This document shows, piece by piece, positions 13,732-25,430 of a DNA stretch of 64,000 nucleotides. Where the stretch lies: assembly GCA_907165135.1 (NCBI GenBank), contig OU015566.1, positions 8,866,001-8,930,000 of the forward strand, in the 5' to 3' direction. A program made the position numbers and the translations under genes. Position 1 is the stretch's first letter, and each line of letters begins with the position of its first letter. The notes under the pieces are model-generated. The model made no database searches, had not been told where the DNA came from, and worked only from the letters and a program-made list of their open reading frames with translations. Origin of the DNA: Oikopleura dioica. Lineage: Eukaryota > Animalia > Chordata.

Positions 13732-13833
13732 GAAGGAGGAAGCAATTTTCTCCATTATAAAGAAGGTAAAGAGAGTCTTTATTTGATTTTAAGAGTAGTA
13801 AATGATGACAAAATACAGACTTTTCAATTTATT

Positions 13834-15868
13834 TTAGCAGATGCCTGTTTCGCATTCAAATGTCAAAAAACCAAATCCTCCGAATCCTTCATCAGTGACA
13901 GAGACAATTCTAAAAACAATCAGAAGATCGTATAAATAGATCACAATTACCGCCCCTCGGGAGTTTGGAAAATGTATTCAGAAGCAGACTCGCCGGATTC
14001 CATGACACCTCCCACTCCATATTTCGGAGCTTGGTAAGATTTGATGCTGTACCAAAGAAGGTTGCCTGCTAGATCGATTCGGGCAACGGCTCCCCTCCAC
14101 GCTTTTCGGGGATCGTTTCTGCAATCTGTTCGGATTGGCTTGAAAATACCTTCTTCATGAAATATTCAAGCTAGAGCCAGATACCTCTGGATGGATGAGG
14201 CAACCAGGTTCGATGCCAGTTCCACAAGCAGCGACGTATCCGATGTGATTTCCAACTTCATCCTTGACGCTTGTCATTCCCCAACACTCGGTATACACGA
14301 GCGATTCGTAGGGGGTCGCATCGACAGAAGCGAACTGATTCGCTCCACCTGGCCAGTCTCCACTTTGGAGATCGACCGTCCATTCCCTCGTGGAAAGATC
14401 GGCGCTGTACTTGGTGAATGCACCAGTGATGACGGAACAGCCAAGAGCTCCGCAGTTGACTCCGTTGTCGACTTGCACTCGAACGTTTCGGAGACCAGTG
14501 GTGACGAAACCAGATACATCGCCACTTGCGTTCCATTCCACTTCGATGTCGTTAGCAGTTCCATCACCGACAAAGCCGTTGTTGATGCCATCGCCAGAGT
14601 AGGCGAGTTCGAGACCAGAGGCCGCATCAAGGATAACGAGGATAGTTCGACTGGTAGGAAGACCAACAACCTTTTCAACGCCACTATCGTTGTAGACGCG
14701 CATGTTCTTGACTGAGCCATCATCAAGATTGCACGATTTCCCGCTTCCGTTGCAAATAAAACTCCACTCGGGTATTGGCGAGCCAGCGCTACTGCTCGAG
14801 GCGAGAGCAGCGGGAAACTTGTGCATAACCGGTGTTCCTTGATCCACTTGTCCGCCAGATTTGAAGCCTGGTTTTTCAGTATCTTCTCGGTTGATGAAGC
14901 CACCGACGATGAATCCACCATCTGAGGTCAAATGAACAGTTTCGAATCCTGATCTAGCTCCGGCACCATCGGTGTAGTCGAATTCCCAAATAGTTTCACC
15001 AGTAGCCGAGTTGATCTTGGCCACGTAGCCGTTGTACTGATTCGTATTTCTAGTACTTTGACGCGTTCCGGCAGCGAGAATGTATTGACCGTCGGTAGAT
15101 TCCTCGCTCTAGGCTCGAAATTCTTTTATGCCATAGAATTGCACATTATGTTTAAGATACAAAGATATTTTCTTAATATTCCAAAATAGAGGATTCCGAG
15201 CCTATCTCCTTGACAGAAACCATGTGGCAGTATCGACCATTGTTAGAATTGAGCCAAGCCCACATGAAATTCTCAGAACAGCTGGATCCAGCACCGTTGA
15301 GCTCATTGCCAAGTGGAGCTGGATATTGAGTAGCGGATGCACAGGGCATTACCTTGCTAACAACACACTGTCCGGCTTGACCACCCTCGAAGGCGGTGGA
15401 AATTCCAGCGGCAATATAGCCTCCGTCCGCACAAAATTGACCATCAGCAGCGTGAGGGCCGTGGCCAACGTCAGCAGCATTAGCTTCTCCATTGACAACG
15501 ACATAGTGGCGAGGAGTGGGAGCAGAAACAACGCCTCCAGTGCCATCAGGGTTGAAAGAGAAACATCTGTTATAATCAGGATTCTCCCCTGGTCCCGCGC
15601 ATTCGCTACAAATCTCAGCCGCACAACCTTCGCACCCTTCAAAACAGTCGGTGTGGCAAGGACATCCGTCAATACAATCAAAACCCTGTCGAAAACAGCT
15701 GTTTTGGCAAGAGACATCGTCGGAATCACACTTATTCAAGCATGATACAGTTCTATCAGTGCAGTAGGAAGAGCAGATTTCACCAAGATCAAGGTCAATG
15801 CAATTTTCATTTACTCTCAAAAGCAAATTTTCTGCAGCAGTAAAATTATTGAAAAATGAAATCGCCAT
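13834..15868 (-). CDS. Probably secreted protein: N-terminal Cys-rich module plus beta-propeller-like region with DGG(Y/F)I repeats
   Basis: ORFs 15173-15868 and 14155-15024 plus short 3' exons ending ...GFLTFECETGIC*. TATA-like element ~30 nt upstream of the ATG and AATAAA right after the stop. Confidence 0.65.
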
Positions 15869-16097
15869 TTTCGAATTGAAACTTTGTGTCTATTTTTATA
15901 TAACATGAAAGTTATAACCCAGATTATCATTTCTCATGCAGAAACAGACAGTCAATTTTGATCAACAGAAAAATAGACGAAAGAAATCAAATAAATAGGT
16001 CACAGAAACCGACTGGGACCAGGATCTTCCTGATTATTTCTTGAAAACTGAAGACGTGTTTTATTTGAAAATTTCCATGTATTGAAAGTATGATAAA

Positions 16098-17189
16098 TTA
16101 CTCAGTAATATTTAAATTCTTGAGCCAGAGAGTAATGTCGCGGAAAAGAGCTTCGGTTGTTGGTTGTAAATCGGCATGGAGTTGATGGTATCCGTCCTGG
16201 TAGACTTTGTATTCAACATTGGGAAAGTGTTCCGCTGCGAAATCCGCTCCTTCTTTTGCGCATAAAAAGTCGTCGGTACCTTGGGTCAGTAGCACTGGAC
16301 AGGTTATGCTTTTGTACTGAAGATGATAAGTTACGAGATCCTTTTATTGTCTTTAAATCTTATAATCAAACTTATAGTTTTTCGAATAAATCACCTTTTC
16401 TTTTTCAAGTCGTTCTTGCTCGGTCAACAACTTTAGTCCAAATCCTGCAGTAGATCCTCCATTGTCGCCATACTTTTCTTTGATCGTTGTCTTGAAAAAA
16501 TCGACAACATCCGTCCGGCGGGAGACGTATTCTGCCTTGACTTTTGCGACCTTCAGAAATGGAACGAGAAAGCCAAGCCATTTTCCAATGAAGACTAGCC
16601 ATGGTGGGCCAGTGTTTGGGTGAATTTTGAGTGCTGGTGCGATCATTACTGCGCCATCAACTTAAATTTAGACTGTTGAATTCAAAGAACCAATTAGTCG
16701 GTTGAGGACATTTGCGGCCAGAGGAACACATAGTAGTCGGACATATAACTTGTCCATTTTTACCTTGATATTTCTCAGCAACTAAACATGAAAGTAGCCC
16801 TCCCATCGAGTGACCACAAATTATCATTTTCTTGTCAGGATATTTTTCTTTGATAATTTTGATTCTTTCGATGACATCGTCAGCAGATTCGTGAAAAGAT
16901 CTCAGTTGGCAGCGATTTCTGTTTGTCTTTTCGTACGGGCCAGACTCTCCGTGTGCGTAATGGTCGTGTCCAAAAACAGCACCACCGTGAGATTTAAAAT
17001 GTTCGATCAGTGGCTTGCAAAATTGTTAAAAGATAGCAGTTCTAATTTAACACTTACAAGGTAGAACTTGTGGAGATACTCTGCGTATCCATGCAGTAGA
17101 TAGACAAGAAAATTTATCTCTCCTTCTGGAATCCATTCGTATGTAGCCAGATCATACCCGTACGAGCTTTTAAAAATTTCTCTTGACAT
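16098..17189 (-). CDS. Monoglyceride lipase-like alpha/beta hydrolase
   Basis: LLHGYAEY oxyanion region, GHSMGG nucleophile elbow (~16800-16815), QGTDDFLC acid residue and YHQLH histidine. Confidence 0.85.
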
Positions 17190-17691
17190 ACTGGTAATCG
17201 CTTTCTGTTTTATTTTTTCTAAAATTGGATTTTTCTATCTAGAGACAAAACAAAGTATGATGGGTGGAAATGGCTCGTAAAGTTTCATAATCGGTTAATT
17301 TCAGCAGGTCTCTTTGTTGAATAATACGATATAAATCTGCGGTAAAGCTAACGATGATTTGATGGGCTGATCTCTCAAGCTACTGACTCGATCAATAGAT
17401 TTACCTTTCTCTCTTTCTCTCAGCCTATTTTGATAAATTATACGCGGCTTGAATAGAGACTAATCTCATTTTCAAAGTTCAGTTGTGAGTCACAGTACCC
17501 TCCTCAAAAGTGCAAATATTGCCTTTCTAACCTGCCTTCGGGATCTCACCTTTTTCGAAAATATTTTTGTTATTCTTTTTTTTCTACATGAGTTTGCAAT
17601 TTTTAATCAAATAGAATCTGCCGACGATGCCCGCTATAAATATTTTATTTCTACAATTATTTATACAGTAAACATGTTATTTCTCGATATC

Positions 17692-18236
17692 TTAATTTAT
17701 CGAAAACGTAAATTTTGTTCGTGGCTGGATTTTCGTATCGACAGTCCATTCAGCAATTGACCTAAAAAGAACAATTAGACAGCTAGACGAGTAAATACAA
17801 GCTTACTTTGGGGTCCAGAGATATCCACAGGCTTCTGTATCGCAACACTGAGTACAGAAAGATTCTGTCATTCGAACATTGTTGTAGTCAGTTTTTGGGC
17901 GACAAGTGGAGAATCTTATACCGGCTGGGTGAACATTTCGCTCCCACTGAGATCGGCAAGCTTTTTCTTGCTGACATCCCTATTTAAATGATCAATAAAG
18001 TTTTCAACGAAAAATTATGGATAAAAACAAAATTGATTTTTCTGAACATGTTCCTGTTTTACATGGTAGGTTTCTCCCAATCTCTGTCTCTGTGTATAAA
18101 AACAAGTATCTTGCTTACTAGGACAGTCCATTTCATATCCGTTAATAAAGCACTCAATTTCTGTCTGTTCATCGCACACCCAGCAGCGTAATCCAACTGT
18201 AGAGCCGATCAAAACTGCGATCAAGGAGAAGAACAT
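17692..18236 (-). CDS. Secreted Ly6/uPAR (three-finger)-like Cys-rich protein, 3 exons
   Basis: Signal peptide MFFSLIAVLIGSTVG, then LRCWVC...DTCF...GC...C...C...CTQCCDTEACG. Confidence 0.7.
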
Positions 18237-20195
18237 GATGAAAATTCGAAAAAATATTTCTTTATTTCAAATAATATTTTTTGCTTGGATAAGAAAAATC
18301 GTTTCCAGCGATGGTTAAAAAGGAAACGTGACTATTGAAGTGGGCAGAAAGACTGGGTAAGGGAGCCCGCAAAGCGGTGGAAAAGACGTTCGTTGAAATA
18401 AGCAACTACAGAAAATAATTTGATAAGAGTTTGTTTTATCGAATTCATGTGAAATTAAATTTTGACGCTTTTGAAATAACAGATGAGCGTGTCTATTAGA
18501 TGATTTATATATTTTAATCCCTGTCCAAGTGGCCAATTTTCGTGACATCCGCTCTCGTTTTAAAACAATCATGCCTGGATTTCTCCCACGTGATGTCATA
18601 TTCAATTACTGCTGAGCTTATCTGCACAATAAACAGACGAAAAATTAAATGGTTTTTGGATTTATTCATGTTTCAAGTAGTATTCAAGAAAATGGAATTG
18701 GTCAGTAAGGGATTTATTCACAGGAGGAAAAATTCGCATCCATATTATCACGGAGGAACTTTTTGCATAAAATATTTTCAAAGTGGAGTAATTTCCAGTC
18801 GTGTTTATTTCTCGACAAGCTGCCCGTCTTCTAAGCAATCGTGACAATGGCTGTGCCACCAGCGTAGACGAATTGAGGAGCATCGAGCTTGGTCATTTTT
18901 TAAACTGACCTTAAAATTTGTTAAGAAAAAACGACTCGTCTTCAGTTCCGAACCTCATAAGGGCCTCCATCAGAGACGACATCTACTGCGTCGATGAGTT
19001 CAAGATCGACGGCACTCCATCTATCGACTTTTTCGCTCGAGAAAGCCAGCCTGAGCGCGTCGATTTTACTTACATGTTTCTTGAGCTTCGCAAGGTTCTT
19101 TTGTCGCTTATTCGACTGGCGAGAAATGTCATCTTGGAGCAATTCATGGACCCGCATCGGGTGATTTGCTACCACTTGCGATTCTTAGTGGGTTCATTTC
19201 TCCGTCCATAGAGGGTGAAATTCAAGGTCTTTCCTGATGAACTCAGCCCTGAAAATACGTCGATCTTTTCGCCACAAACCGCTCGAATTCGAATACAATG
19301 TTTCATCAGGGCTTTTCCCAAATTGCATTCTTTCGAAGCCTTCTTGTTATCCTAAAAAACCATAATTGGAAATCAAAGATGCCTGATGTTTTTCTTTGAT
19401 GAAAATTCAAAATGATTTCCATTTGGAAAATTTACTTCAGCTGTTCATCTGCGCGATTTTATCGCATTCCCGCAACATATAAGCGGAATTTTTGAATGCA
19501 GCTCGTCAAACATAATTACGTAAAATGAAACTTTTATAAAAATGAACTTCCTATGAATGGCACTATGTGTTAATCACAGGGAAATTATATTTATTGTGGC
19601 TGAACATACTAAACCGACTTCTACGCTGCACTGCAGAATCACTGGCAATCTCTATTTCTCAATCGTCTATGGTATTAATAAAGATTTCGTGACAATTTAA
19701 TCTATAATAATCTGTTTCTTACCTGGTCAGAGTTTTCAAGGAAAGGATTCGCAATCGTTGCCGAAAAAGCAAAAATCTGTAGAACGGGGAGCCCTCTCAT
19801 CTCTGGCTCTAGTTTTGTCGACTGGAAGCGGTCGAGCCTGGGCTCATTTATCGCGAGCGTGTTGGGTTTCGATCAAATCCTATCTAATAATCGAAAATTG
19901 TCGTCTTTACGTTCTAGTGTCGCCCGTGAGATTCGATAAGGGTGCCGTTCTTCTCTCTCTTTTTCTCAATTTCCGCGGAGCCACGGCCGCGCGCGCGCCG
20001 TACAACACCACCGAAAAAAAACTCCCTTGCGCCGCCAATTTATCCGATTTATTTGTGATTTTTTTTCCTGAGCCGGATACTGAATTCTAGTGGTAACGTG
20101 CAACACAAGCAATTTTCATTGTATTAAAAATTTTAATGAACTCATTTTATTTCTCGAAATAGAAATTCGACTAGCTTTTTTGCAAAAATTTATTT

Positions 20196-20445
20196 ACATT
20201 AGATCATAATTGATAGAAGCATACAGAAACAAGCCAAGAGCGACGAGAACCCAAATAAAGATGAAACCAGGAATGACGAAGAAGCTGATTGGTGTCAAAT
20301 CAATTGTTCTATCTTCGTTACTCTCTTCAGCTGGAAGCTCGGATTCCTGAGCTTCGGATTCTGGCTCAACATGAATCTAAGACAAAACTACTGCTTTTAC
20401 AATTTTAACGATCGTCATTTACCTTCACATCCTGCATCTCCATAT
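20196..20445 (-). CDS. 3' part of a small single-pass membrane protein; 5' end unresolved
   Basis: ...MEMQDVK|IHVEPESEAQESELPAEESNEDRTIDLTPISFFVIPGFIFIWVLVALGLFLYASINYDLM*, spliced over a short GT-AG intron. Confidence 0.35.
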
Positions 20446-21430
20446 TCAAATCCCACCAACAAAGCCATAACATGAGGAATAAGAAATATTCTAGAAACAG
20501 AGCTAGAAAACGTGTTCACCTCATGCAACCACAATTTGGATTAGACGCAATTTTGATCGTTTTATTGCATTTATTAGGAGGCGTGTTACTCGTCCGTTAT
20601 TTTCCAAGCAAGTCTGATGTCGTTGAAGTTTATTGATTCTTTCAATGGTGACAAACGGAAATGGAAATGACTTTCTCAAAATTTTATTTATTTGTCCGTT
20701 GAATTTTTAGATTTCCGGGATGCCAAGGTTTAAACTTGAAATTTCAAGCTATCAAAAAATCGGTAGAAAATTCCAGTCGATGATTTTCTATCGTAAACAG
20801 CTGCAGAAAGCCACTACCTAGTTGAAAACTGGTCTAAAAAGAAATCAGCCTCTCTGGTGTCAAATTTTGTTTGTATTTTCTTGAGCTGATTCGGCAAACC
20901 TCTGACTAATCCCCCTAGAAGACCGTTCAATTTCGCGATAAAGACGAATTTCAATAAGAAATTTTCGGGCAAAAAAATGACCCCCCTTTTTATGTGCTCA
21001 TCTGAAAGAGCGTAAAAAGTTGTGCTAGAAAAAAATATTTTTTTTTGCCTAGGGGCATAAATTATGACTCATAGGCCCGATTGAAAAAATTACAAACTCC
21101 CCCCCTAAATAGCCCCAGGGAACTTATTTTTTCGGGAGATTTTGACGTCATTGGAATCCTCAGGACTCAAGCTTTTGGCGGACCCCTTAACCGCGGCCAA
21201 CCACCCGGTTAACCGCGTGGTAAACCGCGGTTCATTTCTCAAGGTACAGTATATATGCAAATATACATACCAATCGACTTATTTTTCGATGCTGCATTCA
21301 TTTTTGACCAAAAGATAAACCAACCGGGTGGTTAACCGCCCGGTTGACCATTGCTGATGAAAATTTTTCAAAAAAATTTTTCAAGAATTTTTCAAGAATT
21401 TTTTGAATTGAATTTTTTAAAATTTTTCAT

Positions 21431-21836
21431 AACTGAAAAACTTTCAAAACTGAAAAACTTTCAAGGCTGAAAAACTTTCAAAACTGAAAATTTTTCAAAA
21501 CTGAAAAACTTTCAAAACTGTAAGACTTTCAAAACTGAAAAATTTTCAAAACTGAAAAATTTTCAAAACTGAAGATTTTTCAAGGCTGAAAAACTTTCAA
21601 AACTGAAAATTTTTCAAAACTGAAAATCTTTCAAAACTGAAAAACTTTCAAAACTGAACAACTTTCAAAACTGAAAAATTTTCAAAACTGAAAAAGTTTC
21701 AAAACTGAAAAAATTTCAAAACTGAAAATTTTTCAAAGTGAAAAACTTTCAAAACTTTAAAATTTTCAGAACTGAAAAACTTTCAAAACTGAAAAATTTT
21801 CAAAACTGAAAAAGTTCCAAAACTGAAAAAATTTCA
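21431..21836 (+). repeat. Left subterminal 17-bp tandem array (AACTGAAAAACTTTCAA, ~24 copies)
   Basis: CTG recurs at 21433, 21450, 21467 and so on. Each unit has a TGAAA..TTTCA dyad. Confidence 0.95.
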
Positions 21837-21879
21837 GAGATTTTAATTTTAAAAAATCTCAATAAGTGGTTATTTTTTA

Positions 21880-22020
21880 AAATGAGTCATCGCGCTCAGG
21901 GCGCTTCGCGCAAGAGGCTGTGATTCGCCCGCCTCTAGGCTCTTTTTTCGAAATGAGTCAGCGCGCTTAGGGCGCTTCGCGCAAGAGGCTGTTATTCGCC
22001 CGCCTCTAGGCTCTTTTTCG
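21880..22020 (+). repeat. Two ~71-bp direct repeats upstream of the transposase ATG (putative promoter)
   Basis: AAATGAGTCA...GGCGCTTCGCGCAAGAGGCTG...CTCTAGGCTCTTTTT starts at both 21880 and 21951. Confidence 0.85.
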
Positions 22021-22108
22021 ATAGAGAGCGTTACTGCGAGACTGCCTGGCTATTTCTCTTCCTTCTGTTGTTTTTGTGGAATAATTTTAAAGCTAGGATT
22101 TTCAGATA

Positions 22109-25099
22109 ATGAGTGAAAAGCGCTTCAAAAGTATAATCGAGGTAACGAAGTTTATCAAACACGCTGATATCAGAGAAAACTACAACACCGACAGTTTTGT
22201 TCGATTCTGCGCATTCTGTAGAGACTCCTTGGGCGTCAAGCGAGATTCTGGAGCCATGACGAAAGACCAAAGAAAAGCTGCTAATAAAAAGGCAGTTCAG
22301 CACTACAATAGCTGTCCTATTGTAGAGACAATCTTTGAGCGAATCCCAAGAGGAGAGAAATTGGAAAAGCTTCAGAACCTTCCGGGTTACCACGAGAACT
22401 CTCAGTGTTTTGCCTGCGGAAAAGATAAGCTCAACGATCAAACTGCAATTCATCTTCATTTTTCTTTTTGCGACAGTATAACTGAACTTCTCGAAGGTAA
22501 ATCTTGTGTCAGATATTTGAAATATTTATTTTTAATATTAAGACCCCGAAGATTTGTTTGACGAAGCTGAGAGCTTGGAGCAAGAAGATCATGATGTTGG
22601 GGTTGATGTGGCTGAACTGGCCGAAGAAAACTTGATGATCGATTCTCAATCCGCGAAAACCGATCCATTTCCTGCTGCAGATGATAGAAGCTCAAGCCAA
22701 AATTCAAGTGATGGAAGTCAGGGCTCGATTTATCAGCCAGATTCGAAGGAATCGATTGAATCGTCTCACGATGAGGAGATGCACGAAACAACAATATCTT
22801 CTGTCAACGATACAATCGCCACTATTTCAGCAAGTCAGAAGGAGACAAGAATCGATGCAGAGACTCATCTCGTTAAGCAACTTCGTCTGGTCATGGAAGA
22901 AAAGCGTGATCTCATCCCGGCAAGTTTCATTACTCCAGAACTGATGGAAATTTGGCACTATTCTGCGCTAAATGCCCGCATCATTATGCTCAGCAGCTTC
23001 TTGCCAACTCGACTCATCTATGGTGTCACGAATGAAGAGATAAGGCTTATTGTGAACTGGTCAAATAATCTTGGCTCAGAATTCCAACGTGACAAGCCTC
23101 TTCGCATGACGAACAAGCACGTTAAAATGGCCTTGGAGAGACGTGAGCAAGTTCTCGGCGGCGAAAAATATGATGACGACCGAAAAGCAAAAGTAAGACG
23201 ATTACGCGGAATCACTGATGAAGACAAGGAATCAATTTTGGATTATATTTACGACCACAGCGATGAATCACCCGAAACAAAGGCATTTGAATGCAAAACG
23301 TCACTCATCATCGAAAGATCCATTGATTTGTATGAAAATCTAAAGAAAGAAAAATTCCAGATGAAGTTCGGACTTCTCTTCACGACTAATGAGAAAGTCG
23401 AGAAAGTTCAATGCACAAGAAGACTCGCGCATTCGAAATACAATGGACTGTGGGAAGAATTCAACGCTGTTCGTCTCTCAAAGGGGCAGGAAACGATCTC
23501 TTTGCATCATTTTCGGGCGCTCATACCGCCGATGATGATCGAGCCACGTCATCGGGATACCTATCAGTGTATTTGCGCTCCTTGCAGTAATCTTGGGAAC
23601 CTCCTATCGAAATGTTAGCTTTTAGATAATATTTCAAATCTAACAGATTTTAAGTTTCCGACCTTTTGATCTTACAAAAGATCGAAAAACGAAAGCTGAC
23701 TCGTGAAGAAATCATTGAGATGATCTACGACTTGAAAGGCTGCAAGAACTCAATATATCAGGACCCTTACATTGTCCCTCTTGCATGTGCGGAAGGCAAA
23801 TGCGACTGCAATGATGGCGAGGGAAAAGTTTTACCTCTCCTGCGGGAGCGCTTCGAAGAGATCGACGTTCTTTTCCGCGATGAGACGCCGCAACTTGAGC
23901 GATACAACATTATGCTTATGAGAGATGTTTATAAACGCCTTCAACCAGGCTCCGAGCCGGTTCTAATCATGAAAGATGTTCATACCCGCTTAAAGCTCAG
24001 TGATAAGGTAAAATCAACTATAATTATTATATTCTGAAAGTATTCAGCAACTTGTCGAAGATCTCAGCTCAGCATTTGATGAAAACTCCTATCATTACTC
24101 TGAGAACAGGCTTGCAAATCTTCTTTATGGACAGGTACGACGCGGTGAGAAAGAATTCGACAATACGATTTTCTTCGAAATTGACTACAGTGGAGAGTAC
24201 ACCTGTCAAGGAGGAGTAAAGACGACCCAAAACGTAAGTAAAAAGCTCGAAAAAATCTTGTGCTAATATGTTTTCAGGCAGAAATGGGAACCAAAATCGA
24301 GCTTGTTGTTCATATCGTTGTTGCTTGGGGATTCAAGATGACAGAGTCGGGTGAAAGAGAGCGAGTAAGACTAGACTCGGGACTTCTCATGGAGAAAAAC
24401 AAGGAAAGAAAATTCGTCAAATCGCCCGCTGTTATCAAGACCCATCTGCTGAAGGTTTTGAATCACATTAAAGCAACTCAGCTGATGACCATCAACGAAG
24501 ATACAGTTGGCGTGCTTCTCAGCGACAACGCTGTTGAGTACAAGTCCAGATTCAGCCTAGCAGACATCGCTGATACCGACAACTGGGGCATACAAATGAT
24601 GAAAGCGTTCAAAATCACCCGACATGGGAAGTCGTTTGTGGACGGTGCGGGATCGACTCTCAAACAGAAAATGCGAAAGATTGAAACAGAAGGGACTTAC
24701 ATTCCTTCGATTGGTTTGGAAAAGCTGATTGAAATGCTGAATGCGTCGCCATCAACTACCGAAAAAGGGACGTCTTTTCACTTTTCTATCCCTGGAATGA
24801 CCCCGAAGTCCGGAATAATGTGGAATCATGAAACAGCATTTACAAAACTGATGTCGATGCCTTCAAAGAAGAAAGACGGCTCAGCCATACGACGCGGCAA
24901 TCAACAAATTCGAATGGTTAAATACGTCCGAATCCCGATTACAAAACGGCATTTTGAGGACGAAGAAATCAAGTTTCTTGTTGCAACAAATATCTGCCCA
25001 AATCTGTGCCAAGTGTGTTTCTCTGCCACTCCCGAGTTCTGTGCAAGCGTTCAAAATTACGCTCTCTCTGTGAAACGAAGTCAGTTTTTCTTCAATTGA
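22109..25099 (+). CDS. Transposase, 5 exons (22109-22496, 22543-23613, 23655-24007, 24048-24233, 24278-25099), ~939 aa
   Basis: Four 40-46-nt GT-AG introns give an uninterrupted frame. Motifs EIDYSGEY, LLSDNAVEYKS and HGKSFVDGAG supply three Asp. Two N-terminal CxxC...HxxxC modules and a CICAPC motif. Confidence 0.85.
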
Positions 25100-25134
25100 A
25101 AGAATAAAATCACAAAGATCAAATATGAAGCTAA

Positions 25135-25430
25135 AGTTTTCTCAGTTTTGAAAATTTTAAAGTTTTGAAAGTTTTCACTTTGAAAAATTTTCAGTTTTGA
25201 AATTTTTTCAGTTTTAAAAATTTTTCAGTTTTGAAAGTTTTTCAGTTTTGAAAGTTTTTCAGTTTTGAAAGTTTTTCAGTTTTGAAAGTTTTTCAGTTTT
25301 GAAAAATTTTCAGTTTTGAAAGTTTTTCAGCCTTGAAAGTTTCTCAGTTTTGAAAGTTTTTCAGTTATGAAAAATTTTAATTCTTGAAATTTTTTCAATT
25401 TTGAATTTTTTTCAGTATTGAAAGTTTTTC
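25135..25430 (-). repeat. Right subterminal 17-bp tandem array (inverted relative to the left one)
   Basis: (TTGAAAGTTTTTCAGTT)n, degenerating toward 25430. Confidence 0.9.

Larger units (their letters stand above)
12415..13807. repeat. Long inverted repeat (arms ~12415-12938 and ~13281-13807, ~340-bp spacer) carrying 5S and SL genes
   Basis: The two arms are reverse complements of each other with only a few substitutions and homopolymer differences. Confidence 0.95.

Noticed and set aside
12415-13807. 5S-SL palindrome as a classical TIR transposon
   Set aside because: No target-site duplication or transposase; the arms consist of the RNA genes themselves.
18542-19355. Short ORFs on both strands
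   Set aside because: No recognisable motif and no consistent gene model.
19717-19730. CTTACCTGG as the 5' end of U1 snRNA
   Set aside because: It lacks the ATA start and the U1 stem-loop I sequence, and is better read as a minus-strand splice donor.
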